Below, piece by piece: positions 55,367 through 63,648 of a stretch of 64,000 bases of DNA; within the stretch, counting starts at the first letter, position 1, and every line of letters starts with the position of its first letter. This DNA is from an uncultured Hyphomicrobiaceae bacterium (GTDB lineage: Bacteria; Pseudomonadota; Alphaproteobacteria; Rhizobiales; CAMYJA01). A program made the position numbers and the translations under genes. Location of the stretch: positions 144,424 through 208,423 of the forward strand of contig CAMYJA010000007.1 in the NCBI GenBank assembly GCA_947258705.1. The letters are read 5' to 3'. The notes under the pieces were generated by a model. That model had not been told where the DNA came from, made no database searches, and saw only the letters and a list, made by a program, of their open reading frames with translations.

Positions 55367-55463
55367 GTCGAAGGTGCCTCCCTGACAAAGCGTTATTCCC
55401 GCTGCATTGTCGCTGCGGGTTCTTTTCTCCCGCGATACGCGCGGGTAAAACAAAATAGGACGT

Positions 55464-55481
55464 GTTGACGTTAACGTCAAC
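55464..55481. promoter_or_regulatory. Perfect 18-bp palindrome GTTGACGTTAACGTCAAC upstream of fadE
   Basis: It reads as an exact reverse-complement palindrome 98-115 bp upstream of the fadE ATG, and it contains TTGACG -35-like hexamers in both orientations. Confidence 0.5.
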
Positions 55482-55490
55482 TTACCCTTC

Positions 55491-55516
55491 TTAGCCACAC
55501 TCGTTAGCCACACTCG
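55491..55516. repeat. Perfect 13-bp tandem direct repeat TTAGCCACACTCG x2
   Basis: The copies lie at 55491-55503 and 55504-55516, immediately next to the 18-bp palindrome. Confidence 0.9.
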
Positions 55517-56020
55517 GCAACTGGCCAAAGCGTCAATCAGATCGCCTGCCGGAGCACTCCCCTCATCAGCCATCGGCCGGTATGAAAATATGCGACGGCC
55601 GCATATATGATTTCCAGTACCGGCGGACTTGTCCTGTCAGGGATCCGGTCCGCTGAAGATCGGGACGTTCACATGCCGCAATACAATTGGTCCTTCCGGC
55701 TGAAATCCCTTTCTACAGGGGTTTTTACCGACAATCAGTATAGCGCAGTTTTTTCAAACTGCAGCAAAAACCGCTCTGATATGAGGGCTTGTTTTCATTT
55801 ATTGGTGAAATTGACGGTTGGACACGATATTTTTGCGTGGCGAACCCCGGAGCGGATGTCGTTCGAGGCGTCTGGCCGCTCTCGCCGGACTGCATGGTCC
55901 GGTCGGCTGGCAGGCACGGTCCGGCACAATTACGGCACTATTTGATGGTGCATTCAGTGTCTGCATTTGTTGTGTGCCAAACTTGCTAATATCATGAAGT
56001 TTGAATATGATAAGGTGAAA

Positions 56021-56049
56021 TGAGGAATCTTGACGAGTCGGAATCCTCA
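56021..56049. promoter_or_regulatory. Imperfect inverted repeat TGAGGAaTC-N11-GAaTCCTCA upstream of the ArsR-family gene (candidate autoregulatory operator)
   Basis: The arms TGAGGA (56021-56026) and TCCTCA (56044-56049) are exact complements and flank a TTGACG hexamer. The repeat ends 26 bp before ATG 56075. Confidence 0.3.
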
Positions 56050-56074
56050 TTGTCAAACAGGAGTGTCATTTTAA

Positions 56075-56452
56075 ATGACAAATTCAGAGATAGCGGAACT
56101 GCCGGCCGACGAAGCCACCACCAATGAAAACGAGAACATGCTCGATCCAATGCGGATTGCTGCACAGGAAGCGTCCGAGCTGCTGCGTTCTATCGGCAGC
56201 CCCTATCGCCTCATGATCCTCTGCCTTTTGATGGACAGCGAAAAAACGGTTACCGAAATTTGCGAAGCCATCGGTGCACGGCAAAGTCTGACCTCGCAGC
56301 ATCTGACCCGGCTTCGTCTCGACGGGTTGGTCAAGGCCGAGCGTCGCGGTCATTACGCGCATTATTCGCTGGCTGATTCTCTCGCCAAGGACATCGTGTC
56401 CACGCTTTACCGGCATTATTGCCCGAACGGCTCCGCACCTCTCAAAGAGTGA
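56075..56452 (+). CDS. ArsR/SmtB-family transcriptional regulator (SoxR-like, by context)
   Basis: It has a winged-HTH pattern (RLMILCLLMDSEKTVTEICEAIGARQSLTSQHLTRLRLDGLVKAERRGHYAHYSL) and lies next to sox genes. Confidence 0.88.
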   Translation: MTNSEIAELPADEATTNENENMLDPMRIAAQEASELLRSIGSPYRLMILCLLMDSEKTVTEICEAIGARQSLTSQHLTRLRLDGLVKAERRGHYAHYSLADSLAKDIVSTLYRHYCPNGSAPLKE

Positions 56453-56629
56453 TCGGGCAAAAGAGTGACCGGGCCGGAGCTTGCGCCCGCCCCCGGGGAA
56501 GGATTGGGCCAGAATACGACGGGTGAAACAATCTGTCGTTCCGATCCTTGCAATTCCGAACGAAACATCCAAAATATTTTACTAGAGACCGGCTTGAACC
56601 AGATTCACCGATGAGTTCGGAGGCTGGAA

Positions 56630-56974
56630 TTGCGTCACTTTCAGAAACATATGGCGTTACTCGCTGCGGGTATCGCGTTCACACTCCATATCGCTACGGC
56701 GGTCATGGCCGACGATGTGCTGGCGTATGGCGAATATCTTGCCGGTGAATGCACGGCCTGCCACAGCCCGTCCGGCATCGACAAGGGCATTCCTTCGATT
56801 GTGGGATGGGACGCGGAGTCATTTATCAAAACGCTTCAATTTTATAAATCCGGCGAGCGGGATAATCCGGTTATGGTCGATGTGGCAAAGAATCTCGATG
56901 ATGAGATGATGATGGCGCTGGCCGCCTATTTTGCAACGCTTGCCGACAAATCAGCCAACGGATCTGGCAATTAA
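56630..56974 (+). CDS. Small periplasmic monohaem cytochrome c
   Basis: It has a signal peptide, the CTACHS haem motif, and a later PVMVDV Met region. A TTG start lies 7 nt after GGAGG, with ATG 56651 as the alternative. Confidence 0.75.
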   Translation: MRHFQKHMALLAAGIAFTLHIATAVMADDVLAYGEYLAGECTACHSPSGIDKGIPSIVGWDAESFIKTLQFYKSGERDNPVMVDVAKNLDDEMMMALAAYFATLADKSANGSGN

Positions 56975-56992
56975 TGCAAATATTGCCAGTTG

Positions 56993-58282
56993 TCAGCCCT
57001 TGGCGAAGATCTCTGAAGTGATGCTGTCGTACCAGGCGAGCGATTCCTTGTATGTCTGAGCGCGCAGGCTTGCATCTTCGCCCGTTTTCGAGATGAATTT
57101 CGAAGTGACGTCAACCACCCCGTCACCAGCCTTGTAGCTTGCACCGACCTTGATGCTGTTCTGGGGCGACACGAGCGACCAGCAGGTGTTACGGTACCGG
57201 GCCGGGAATTTCTTCTTGCCAGCAAGCGCTGCCTGCACGGCATTGGCCACGACCTTGGCCTGGCTGTTGGCCGAGAATCCCGATTTCGGCATTTTGGTTG
57301 CAACCGAGGCGTCGCCAAGGACATAGATGTCGTCGACCTTTGTCGACGAGAAGTCCGATGGATTGACCGGGCACCAGTCACCTTCAACGCAACCTGCCTT
57401 CGCGGCGATCGAGCCCGCGCGTTGCGCCGGTATGATGTTGCAAACGGCGCCTTTCATCTTGTTTCCGGCTGCGGTTTCAACCTGATTGGTATTGGGATCG
57501 ACCCGCACAACGCGAAAATTATCGACCTCCGTCGTCAGATTAACCTCGACGAAATCCTTGTACACGCCATTGAAGCCTTCCATGAAAAGAGCCATTTTGG
57601 AAAATTTCGGCTTCGGATCAAAAATGACGAGCTTCGACTTCGGCTTGTGGTTCTTGAGGTAATGGCAAATCATCGATGCCCGTTCATAGGGTCCCGGCGG
57701 GCAACGATACGGATTGGGCGGGGGCGACATGACTACGACACCGCCATTCGGCATGTCGATAAGCTGTTTCTTTAAAGTCTGCGTCTGGATGCCGGCCTTC
57801 CAGGCGTGGGGCATTTTCTCCGCCACCGCTGGTGAATAGCCTTCAATGCTCTCATATTTGAGATCGATACCGGGGGAAAGGACCAGCTTGTCATAAGTCA
57901 GTTTCGTGCCGCTTTTAAGCGTCACCGTTTTTTTCGCGGCATCCACATCCGCCGCCCAGTCGTTGATCACCTTCACGCCCAGTTTTTCCAGGCCGTCGTA
58001 ATCATGGGTGATGGAGTCGAAGGTGCGAAAACCGCCGAGATAGAGGTTGGAGAAAAAACATGTGGTGTATTTCGGCTGGACCTCGATCAGCGTGACATCC
58101 AGTTGCGGCGATCCCTTCTTGACGAAGTGGGCAACGGTTCCGCCGCCCGCGCCACCGCCAATGATGACGACTTTTCCTGCCCCCTGGGCATAAGCCACCG
58201 CATTGATTGCACCGGTGGCCGTCGCCGCTGCTCCCGTAGCGCCGAGAAATTTTGAAAACTCGCGACGAGTGAGATCTTTCAT
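56993..58282 (-). CDS. soxF: Flavocytochrome-c sulfide dehydrogenase flavoprotein subunit (FccB/SoxF-type), Tat-exported
   Basis: It has the Tat signal TRREFSKFLGATGAAATATG, FAD-binding VVIIGGGAGGG, and the motifs YTTCFFSN and PYRCPPGPYERA. The start is ATG 58282 within track ORF 56993..58399. Confidence 0.9.
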   Translation of the reverse strand: MKDLTRREFSKFLGATGAAATATGAINAVAYAQGAGKVVIIGGGAGGGTVAHFVKKGSPQLDVTLIEVQPKYTTCFFSNLYLGGFRTFDSITHDYDGLEKLGVKVINDWAADVDAAKKTVTLKSGTKLTYDKLVLSPGIDLKYESIEGYSPAVAEKMPHAWKAGIQTQTLKKQLIDMPNGGVVVMSPPPNPYRCPPGPYERASMICHYLKNHKPKSKLVIFDPKPKFSKMALFMEGFNGVYKDFVEVNLTTEVDNFRVVRVDPNTNQVETAAGNKMKGAVCNIIPAQRAGSIAAKAGCVEGDWCPVNPSDFSSTKVDDIYVLGDASVATKMPKSGFSANSQAKVVANAVQAALAGKKKFPARYRNTCWSLVSPQNSIKVGASYKAGDGVVDVTSKFISKTGEDASLRAQTYKESLAWYDSITSEIFAKG

Positions 58283-58511
58283 AGTCGTTCTCCCTGAATT
58301 CTTATTATTATTCGCGGGTGACCTTTTTGTGAAGGGGCTCGACAAAAACATCACTTGCCGGCCCTGCCGCATCCCGTCATAGGAATAATCATGCTCCACA
58401 GGATCATCATAGCGCTTTTATAATAACTTTTGCCAATAGATTTGGGACGGAAAAGCTCGTTCAGGGAGAGAAAATCCTGGCATTGTCACAGCGGCGGCTT
58501 GCCGTATGTTT

Positions 58512-58928
58512 TCAAACGTTCGGCTTATATCCGGCTTTGGAGAGAATCTGAGTAAGCATTTCCCAGAAAAAATCTTCGCCGGGATAACCGAGGATGCGGC
58601 CGACTTCCGTCTTGCCCCGCATAACGACAAATGTCGGCGTGTATACGATTCGCTTGATATGTTTTACGGTCGGATCCCCAACATATGCGCGGCGCAGCGG
58701 CGCAAATCTGCCTTCGGACGTTTTTTTATAAATGATCCCGACTTCCTCATTCCAGAGCTCACAATATTCGCAACCCGATTCTTCGAACATGACGAGCCGA
58801 ACGCTCTCGCTGGCCGGTTTTTCGCCTATTGTGGATAAAGCCTGATTGACGGGCATTATGAGAAACACCGTGAAGATCAGGGCGATCATTGGCTTTAACC
58901 GTGTCTTGGATATCATTTTTTTCAGCAT
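58512..58928 (-). CDS. Periplasmic thioredoxin-like protein (SoxS-like)
   Basis: It has a signal/anchor and the CxxC motif GCEYCELW. The C-terminal pattern TPTFVVMRGKTEVGRILGYPGEDFFW matches what I remember of SoxS-annotated proteins. Confidence 0.7.
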   Translation of the reverse strand: MLKKMISKTRLKPMIALIFTVFLIMPVNQALSTIGEKPASESVRLVMFEESGCEYCELWNEEVGIIYKKTSEGRFAPLRRAYVGDPTVKHIKRIVYTPTFVVMRGKTEVGRILGYPGEDFFWEMLTQILSKAGYKPNV

Positions 58929-59441
58929 ATCTTCCCTAAAACCATACGTTGCCGGCGCGATTTACCATCAAAACATCCCTGCCCAAGCCCTGTTCGCGAC
59001 GATATGACATAGCCTTTTTATAGGCGCAATACCTTTGTTGCGAACCCCAGCATATTGACGCACCTGGTTTTTTAAGTCCTCATTTCGATTGCATCTCGAT
59101 ATTCTAATATGGTAAGGCTGAGCCTGGTTCACCATATTTTTTATCATCAGCGTTTAAAAAATGCGACCGGATGTGAAATTTATGGGGTTACTTGATCGTT
59201 TGGTGATGGGGGGCGTTGCAGCCCGGCAGTAAATATTATAACTGAATCACCCTTGGTCTAATAAAAATTCGGTGGTAAAACCGAATACTGAATGCCCGCT
59301 CGATCTTAACTGGTTGACATTCACCGGAAGAGGGAATGGGTTAAATTAGGAGGATTGGCACCGGTCTCAAAAAAGACAGTTTTTGTGTCTGTAACAGGCC
59401 AGTATGGTGCCCATATTCATCCAAACAACTGAGAGGAAACA

Positions 59442-59921
59442 ATGACGGACAAAATACATTTGGAGATATTAAACCGTCGTGATTTCGTCCTCGGAGCGTC
59501 CGCTGTGGCTGCATTGGCTACGGTCGTACCTTTGGGAGGCAATCGCGCATTGGCAAAATCGGTGTCATGGCAGGAAACGATGAAAGCTGTCATCGGCGAC
59601 GCCAAACCCGCCGCTGGAAAAGTCTCAGTCGAGCTTCCGGAAATTGCCGAAAACGGTCGTACCGTTCCATTCACGGTATCTGCTGACAGTGCCATGTCAT
59701 CCGGCGATTACGTCAAAGCCATGCATGTTTTTTCAACCGGTAACCCAAGACCGCACACCATCAGCATGTACTTCACGCCTGGAAGCGGAAAAGCTTCTGC
59801 GACAAGTCGCATGCGGCTCGGCAAGACGCAGGACGTTGTCTGCGTTGCGGAAATGAGCGACGGCAAATTCTACATGGGCAAGCGAACCGTGAAAGTCACC
59901 ATTGGTGGTTGCGGCGGTTAA
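59442..59921 (+). CDS. soxY: Sulfur carrier protein SoxY
   Basis: It has the Tat signal NRRDFVLGASAVAALA and the diagnostic C-terminal swinging-arm motif VKVTIGGCGG*. Confidence 0.93.
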   Translation: MTDKIHLEILNRRDFVLGASAVAALATVVPLGGNRALAKSVSWQETMKAVIGDAKPAAGKVSVELPEIAENGRTVPFTVSADSAMSSGDYVKAMHVFSTGNPRPHTISMYFTPGSGKASATSRMRLGKTQDVVCVAEMSDGKFYMGKRTVKVTIGGCGG

Positions 59922-59942
59922 TCGGCAGAAGGAACATTAAAA

Positions 59943-60266
59943 ATGGCTAAACCACGCGTTAAGGTACCAAAAACGGCAAAAGCCGGCGAGATCATCAAAA
60001 TCAAAACGCTGATCGCGCACAAGATGGAAACGGGAAACCGCAAGAACAAAAAAACCGGCAAGCTCATTCCTCGTAAAATCATTCAGGATTTTCAGGCCAA
60101 ATTCAACGGCAAGGAAGTGTTCAGAGCAAATCTGCACCCCGGTATTTCAGCCAATCCCTATCTGGCTTTTCATGCCAAGGTCGACAAGTCGGGTGAGTTC
60201 GAATTCACCTGGACTGAAGACACCGGCAAGAAATGGTCTGCAAAAAAATCGATCACCGTCGGCTGA
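59943..60266 (+). CDS. soxZ: Sulfur carrier complex protein SoxZ
   Basis: It is 107 aa and shows the typical pattern KAGEIIKIKTLIAHKMETG...ISANPYLAF. It begins 21 nt after soxY. Confidence 0.92.
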   Translation: MAKPRVKVPKTAKAGEIIKIKTLIAHKMETGNRKNKKTGKLIPRKIIQDFQAKFNGKEVFRANLHPGISANPYLAFHAKVDKSGEFEFTWTEDTGKKWSAKKSITVG

Positions 60267-60303
60267 TTTATCATCCGTCGCGATCTATGATTGACGACAA
60301 AAA

Positions 60304-60338
60304 CCGCCCTGAAGAACATCTTCAGGGCGGTTTTTTTT
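60304..60338 (+). terminator. Rho-independent terminator after soxZ
   Basis: A perfect 11-bp stem (ccgccctgaag / cttcagggcgg) with a 5-nt loop is followed by T8. An A-rich run on the 5' side makes it potentially bidirectional. Confidence 0.85.
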
Positions 60339-60480
60339 GGACGCATGGCTGGTGACAGGAGCGCCTTGGCTCTTGTATCACGCGCCGCAATTGATTAAGC
60401 CTATGCGGCAGATAAAATATAAACGAAAATCCCGCGCGGCCCATTCGCCGCCTCAAGCGGGTTGAATGGGAGGAACAAAG

Positions 60481-60723
60481 ATGGCTGACGATCCGATCCC
60501 GGCGCAGCTCAACCCCTATCCGGTTGAACTCAAGGAAGGCACAAAATATTATTGGTGCCGTTGCGGTCGCTCGCTCAATCAGCCTTTTTGTGACGGTTCT
60601 CACGAAGGAACCGGTATCGAGCCGATGGAGTTTGAAGCGCCGAAAACCGGAACTTTCAATTTATGCGGCTGCAAACAGACCGATGATGAGCCTTTCTGCG
60701 ATGGAACGCACAATTTGCTGTAG
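60481..60723 (+). CDS. CDGSH-type iron-sulfur domain protein (two CDGSH motifs)
   Basis: It contains CRCGRSLNQPFCDGSH and CGCKQTDDEPFCDGTH. ATG 60481 lies 6 nt after GGGAGGA. Confidence 0.85.
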   Translation: MADDPIPAQLNPYPVELKEGTKYYWCRCGRSLNQPFCDGSHEGTGIEPMEFEAPKTGTFNLCGCKQTDDEPFCDGTHNLL

Positions 60724-60778
60724 GTCGAAGCCCATAGACAACCGAGTCGAACGCTAAAATTCCTGGGGGGATATACCA

Positions 60779-62296
60779 ATGATTGCATTACGGCGCACAG
60801 TATCGATGGCAATTGTTCTTGTCGTTGGTCAATTCTTTTTCACATCTCATGCAGCCGCCCAGAGTATCGAGGAAATGCTGAATGTCACCATTGGCCAGGT
60901 CAATGGCGCGCTCGGCGCATTCATGTTTTTCGACATTATGCCCGGCGAGGGAAACATGCCGTTCATTGTCGCCTGGCTTATCGTGGGCGCGGTGTTCCTG
61001 ACCCTGCGCATGGGTTTTGTCAATCTGCGCTTCATGCGCCACGCCCTTCTCATCCTTACCGGCAGATATCACGTCAAGGACGCCCCCGGCGAAGTCACGC
61101 CATTTCAGGCGTTGACTACGGCCCTTTCGGCCACCGTCGGTCTCGGCAATATTGCGGGCGTGGCCATTGCCATCATGATCGGCGGACCCGGCGCCACCTT
61201 CTGGATGATCGTTGCGGGCTTTCTCGGCATGACGTCGAAATTCACCGAGGTGACGCTGGCGCAGATGTATCGCGAGGTCCGCCCCGACGGGCGCCTGATG
61301 GGCGGCGCCATGGAATATCTCTCGCGCGGTTTTGCCGAACGCGGCATGGCAGGGCTTGGTACGGGCCTGGCGGGCCTGTTCGCCATATTGACTGTGCTTG
61401 CCTGCCTGGGTGGCGGAAACGCCTTTCAGGTCAGTCAGGCGTTGAGCGCTGTGCGCAATGAGATCGCCTTTTTCGATACCTATCCCTGGGCATTCGGCCT
61501 CGCCATGGCCGCTCTTGTCGGCGTCGTCATCATCGGCGGCATCAAGCGCATTGCGCATACGGCCGAAGCCGTCGTGCCCACGATGATTTTCATCTATTTG
61601 TCTGCTGCCTTGTGGATCATCATTGTCAATATAGATCTGGTGCCCGCCGCCCTCGTGAAAATCGTCACGGAAGCGTTTTCACCCATTGCGGTGACAGGCG
61701 GCATCATCGGCGTTATCGTCCAGGGTTTCAAACGGGCCGTGTTCTCTAGTGAAGCGGGTATCGGTTCGGCCGCGATCGCGCATTCGGCCGCGGCGGTCAA
61801 ATATCCGATCCGACAGGGCTTCGTGGCACTTTACGAGCCCTTTATCGACACCATCGTCATCTGTACCATGACGGCGCTCGTGGTGATCATTACCGGCGTG
61901 TACAACGCCCCCGAATATGCGGATATCATCGCCAGGCGGGAAGGGGCCGCGCTGACGGCCCAGGCCTTCGGTTCCGTGATCTCCTGGTTCCCGATCATAT
62001 TGTCGATTTCGGTGGTGCTGTTCGCCTATTCGACGATGATCGCCTGGTCTTATTATGGCGAGCGCTGCTGGACCTATCTGTTTGGCGAGCGCTTCTCCAT
62101 GATCTTCAAAGTGATTTTTTTGCTGTTTATCGTCATCGCATCGGTCACGAAAGCCGATACGCTGCTCGAGTTCAGCGATCTGGCGCTTCTGGGCATGGCT
62201 TTTCCGAACTTTATCGGGCTCTATCTTCTGAGCGGAAAAGTGCGGGCGGCGCTGACCGACTATACGCAAAGGCTCAAGGCCGGCGAGTTCGATTAG
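60779..62296 (+). CDS. Alanine/glycine:cation symporter (AGCS family)
   Basis: It has ~11 TM helices and AGCS signatures (TALSATVGLGNIAGVAIAI, FSSEAGIGSAAIAH). Confidence 0.9.
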   Translation: MIALRRTVSMAIVLVVGQFFFTSHAAAQSIEEMLNVTIGQVNGALGAFMFFDIMPGEGNMPFIVAWLIVGAVFLTLRMGFVNLRFMRHALLILTGRYHVKDAPGEVTPFQALTTALSATVGLGNIAGVAIAIMIGGPGATFWMIVAGFLGMTSKFTEVTLAQMYREVRPDGRLMGGAMEYLSRGFAERGMAGLGTGLAGLFAILTVLACLGGGNAFQVSQALSAVRNEIAFFDTYPWAFGLAMAALVGVVIIGGIKRIAHTAEAVVPTMIFIYLSAALWIIIVNIDLVPAALVKIVTEAFSPIAVTGGIIGVIVQGFKRAVFSSEAGIGSAAIAHSAAAVKYPIRQGFVALYEPFIDTIVICTMTALVVIITGVYNAPEYADIIARREGAALTAQAFGSVISWFPIILSISVVLFAYSTMIAWSYYGERCWTYLFGERFSMIFKVIFLLFIVIASVTKADTLLEFSDLALLGMAFPNFIGLYLLSGKVRAALTDYTQRLKAGEFD

Positions 62297-62342
62297 CCGT
62301 TCGCTCCGGCCGAGGCCGATCCGGAGACGGTCTGAAAGTCTT

Positions 62343-62546
62343 TCAGCGGCCTTGGGATTCGGCCTCGAATTCCGCCTGCAGGGATTTTTCAAATTCTATC
62401 AGATCTTGGGGAACCGGCATGCCGAAAGCGCGCAGCTCGTTGATCTTTTCGTGAAGCTGGGCGTAGAGTTCGTGGGCGTCTTCGGGACGCTCTTCGAACT
62501 GGTTCATCAGAAGCGATATTTCCGCCTGAATTTCTTCTAGTTTCAT
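62343..62546 (-). CDS. Small acidic helical hypothetical protein (67 aa)
   Basis: ATG 62546 (MKLEEIQAEISLL...) gives coding-like composition. No family name was recalled. Confidence 0.5.
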   Translation of the reverse strand: MKLEEIQAEISLLMNQFEERPEDAHELYAQLHEKINELRAFGMPVPQDLIEFEKSLQAEFEAESQGR

Positions 62547-62691
62547 GTCACCGTTCTCCCCTGCACCGTCTTCGAACTCATCTCGGACAGCGCAATACAA
62601 TCTGTTCATAAATGATGTTGGCTCGCTTTATGTGGAGATGCAAGGACAATAATAATATGGCGAAATAGAGCCCGGTTTTTGCTCTGGCGGA

Positions 62692-63558
62692 TCAGCGGAA
62701 GATCACCGTTTTCTGGCCGTTGACCAGCACGCGATGCTCGATGTGATCCTTCACGGCCCGCGCCAGAACCCGGCGCTCGACATCCCTTCCCGCGGCAATC
62801 AGATCGCTCACCGACATGGCATGATGCACACGCTCGATTTCCTGCTCGATGATCGGACCCTCGTCGAGATCCGGCGTCACGTAATGAGCGGTCGCACCGG
62901 TCAGTTTCACGCCGCGCGCATGGGCCTGCCTGTAGGGATTGGCGCCTTTAAAACTCGGCAGAAAAGAATGGTGAATATTGATAACCCGGCCGAACATGTC
63001 TTCGGCCAGTCCGTTCGACAATATCTGCATGTATCGCGCCAGGACAACGAGTTCCGCATCGTCCTTTCCGATCATAGCGCGCAGCTTTTTCTCCGCCGCC
63101 ATTTTAGTTTTCGCCGAAACGGGAACATGGCTGAATTTAAGCCCCTCATGCTCGACGGCAACGCGGCAGTTCTCGTGGTTGGATACCACCCGGGTGATGT
63201 CGATTGGCAGGGAGCCGGCACGCCAGCGGTAAAGGAGGTCGGTCAGGCAGTGGTCGAATTTCGAAACCATGATGATGGTGCGTGTGCGGTGGCCGACATC
63301 GTGCAACTGCCATTTCATGGCAAAGCGCTTGGCCAGGGGAACGAGAGCGCCGTAGACATCTTCCCGCGTCAGTCTCTTTGGCGCGCAAAAGCGTACGCGC
63401 ATGAAAAAACAATCTGCATCCGGATCTCCGAATTGGGAGCTTTCCTCGATGTTGCAGCCCGAGGCCGCCAGCGCGCCTGCCACGCCCGCGACGATGCCAG
63501 GGCTGTCCTTGCAGGTCAGGGTCATAATATATTCCGGCATGTTGGCGCGTTTTGGCAT
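62692..63558 (-). CDS. purU: Formyltetrahydrofolate deformylase
   Basis: It has an N-terminal ACT domain (LTCKDSPGIVAGVAGALAASGCNI) and a formyltransferase core (INIHHSFLPSFKGANPY, ATAHYVTPDLDEGPII). The start may be 63558, 63540 or 63525. Confidence 0.93.
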   Translation of the reverse strand: MPKRANMPEYIMTLTCKDSPGIVAGVAGALAASGCNIEESSQFGDPDADCFFMRVRFCAPKRLTREDVYGALVPLAKRFAMKWQLHDVGHRTRTIIMVSKFDHCLTDLLYRWRAGSLPIDITRVVSNHENCRVAVEHEGLKFSHVPVSAKTKMAAEKKLRAMIGKDDAELVVLARYMQILSNGLAEDMFGRVINIHHSFLPSFKGANPYRQAHARGVKLTGATAHYVTPDLDEGPIIEQEIERVHHAMSVSDLIAAGRDVERRVLARAVKDHIEHRVLVNGQKTVIFR

Positions 63559-63648
63559 TTTTCCGGTTCGCTATAGCTCGTGAAATCAACACGGAAAGGC
63601 TACAGTAAAAAAATGAAACAGGTCTTTAAAAAGCGGATTTAGTCAAAG

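Noticed and set aside
55607-55945. 112-aa ORF inside the large fadE/arsR intergenic gap
   Set aside because: It has no SD, no recognisable motif, and atypical composition for this genome's coding regions. The gap is kept as non-coding and is flagged in the findings.
59161-59232. 23-codon ATG ORF in the sox intergenic region
   Set aside because: It has no SD, and no conservation information is available. It cannot be distinguished from chance.
62734-63576. 280-aa ORF on the plus strand
   Set aside because: It is antisense to purU, which is clearly identified.
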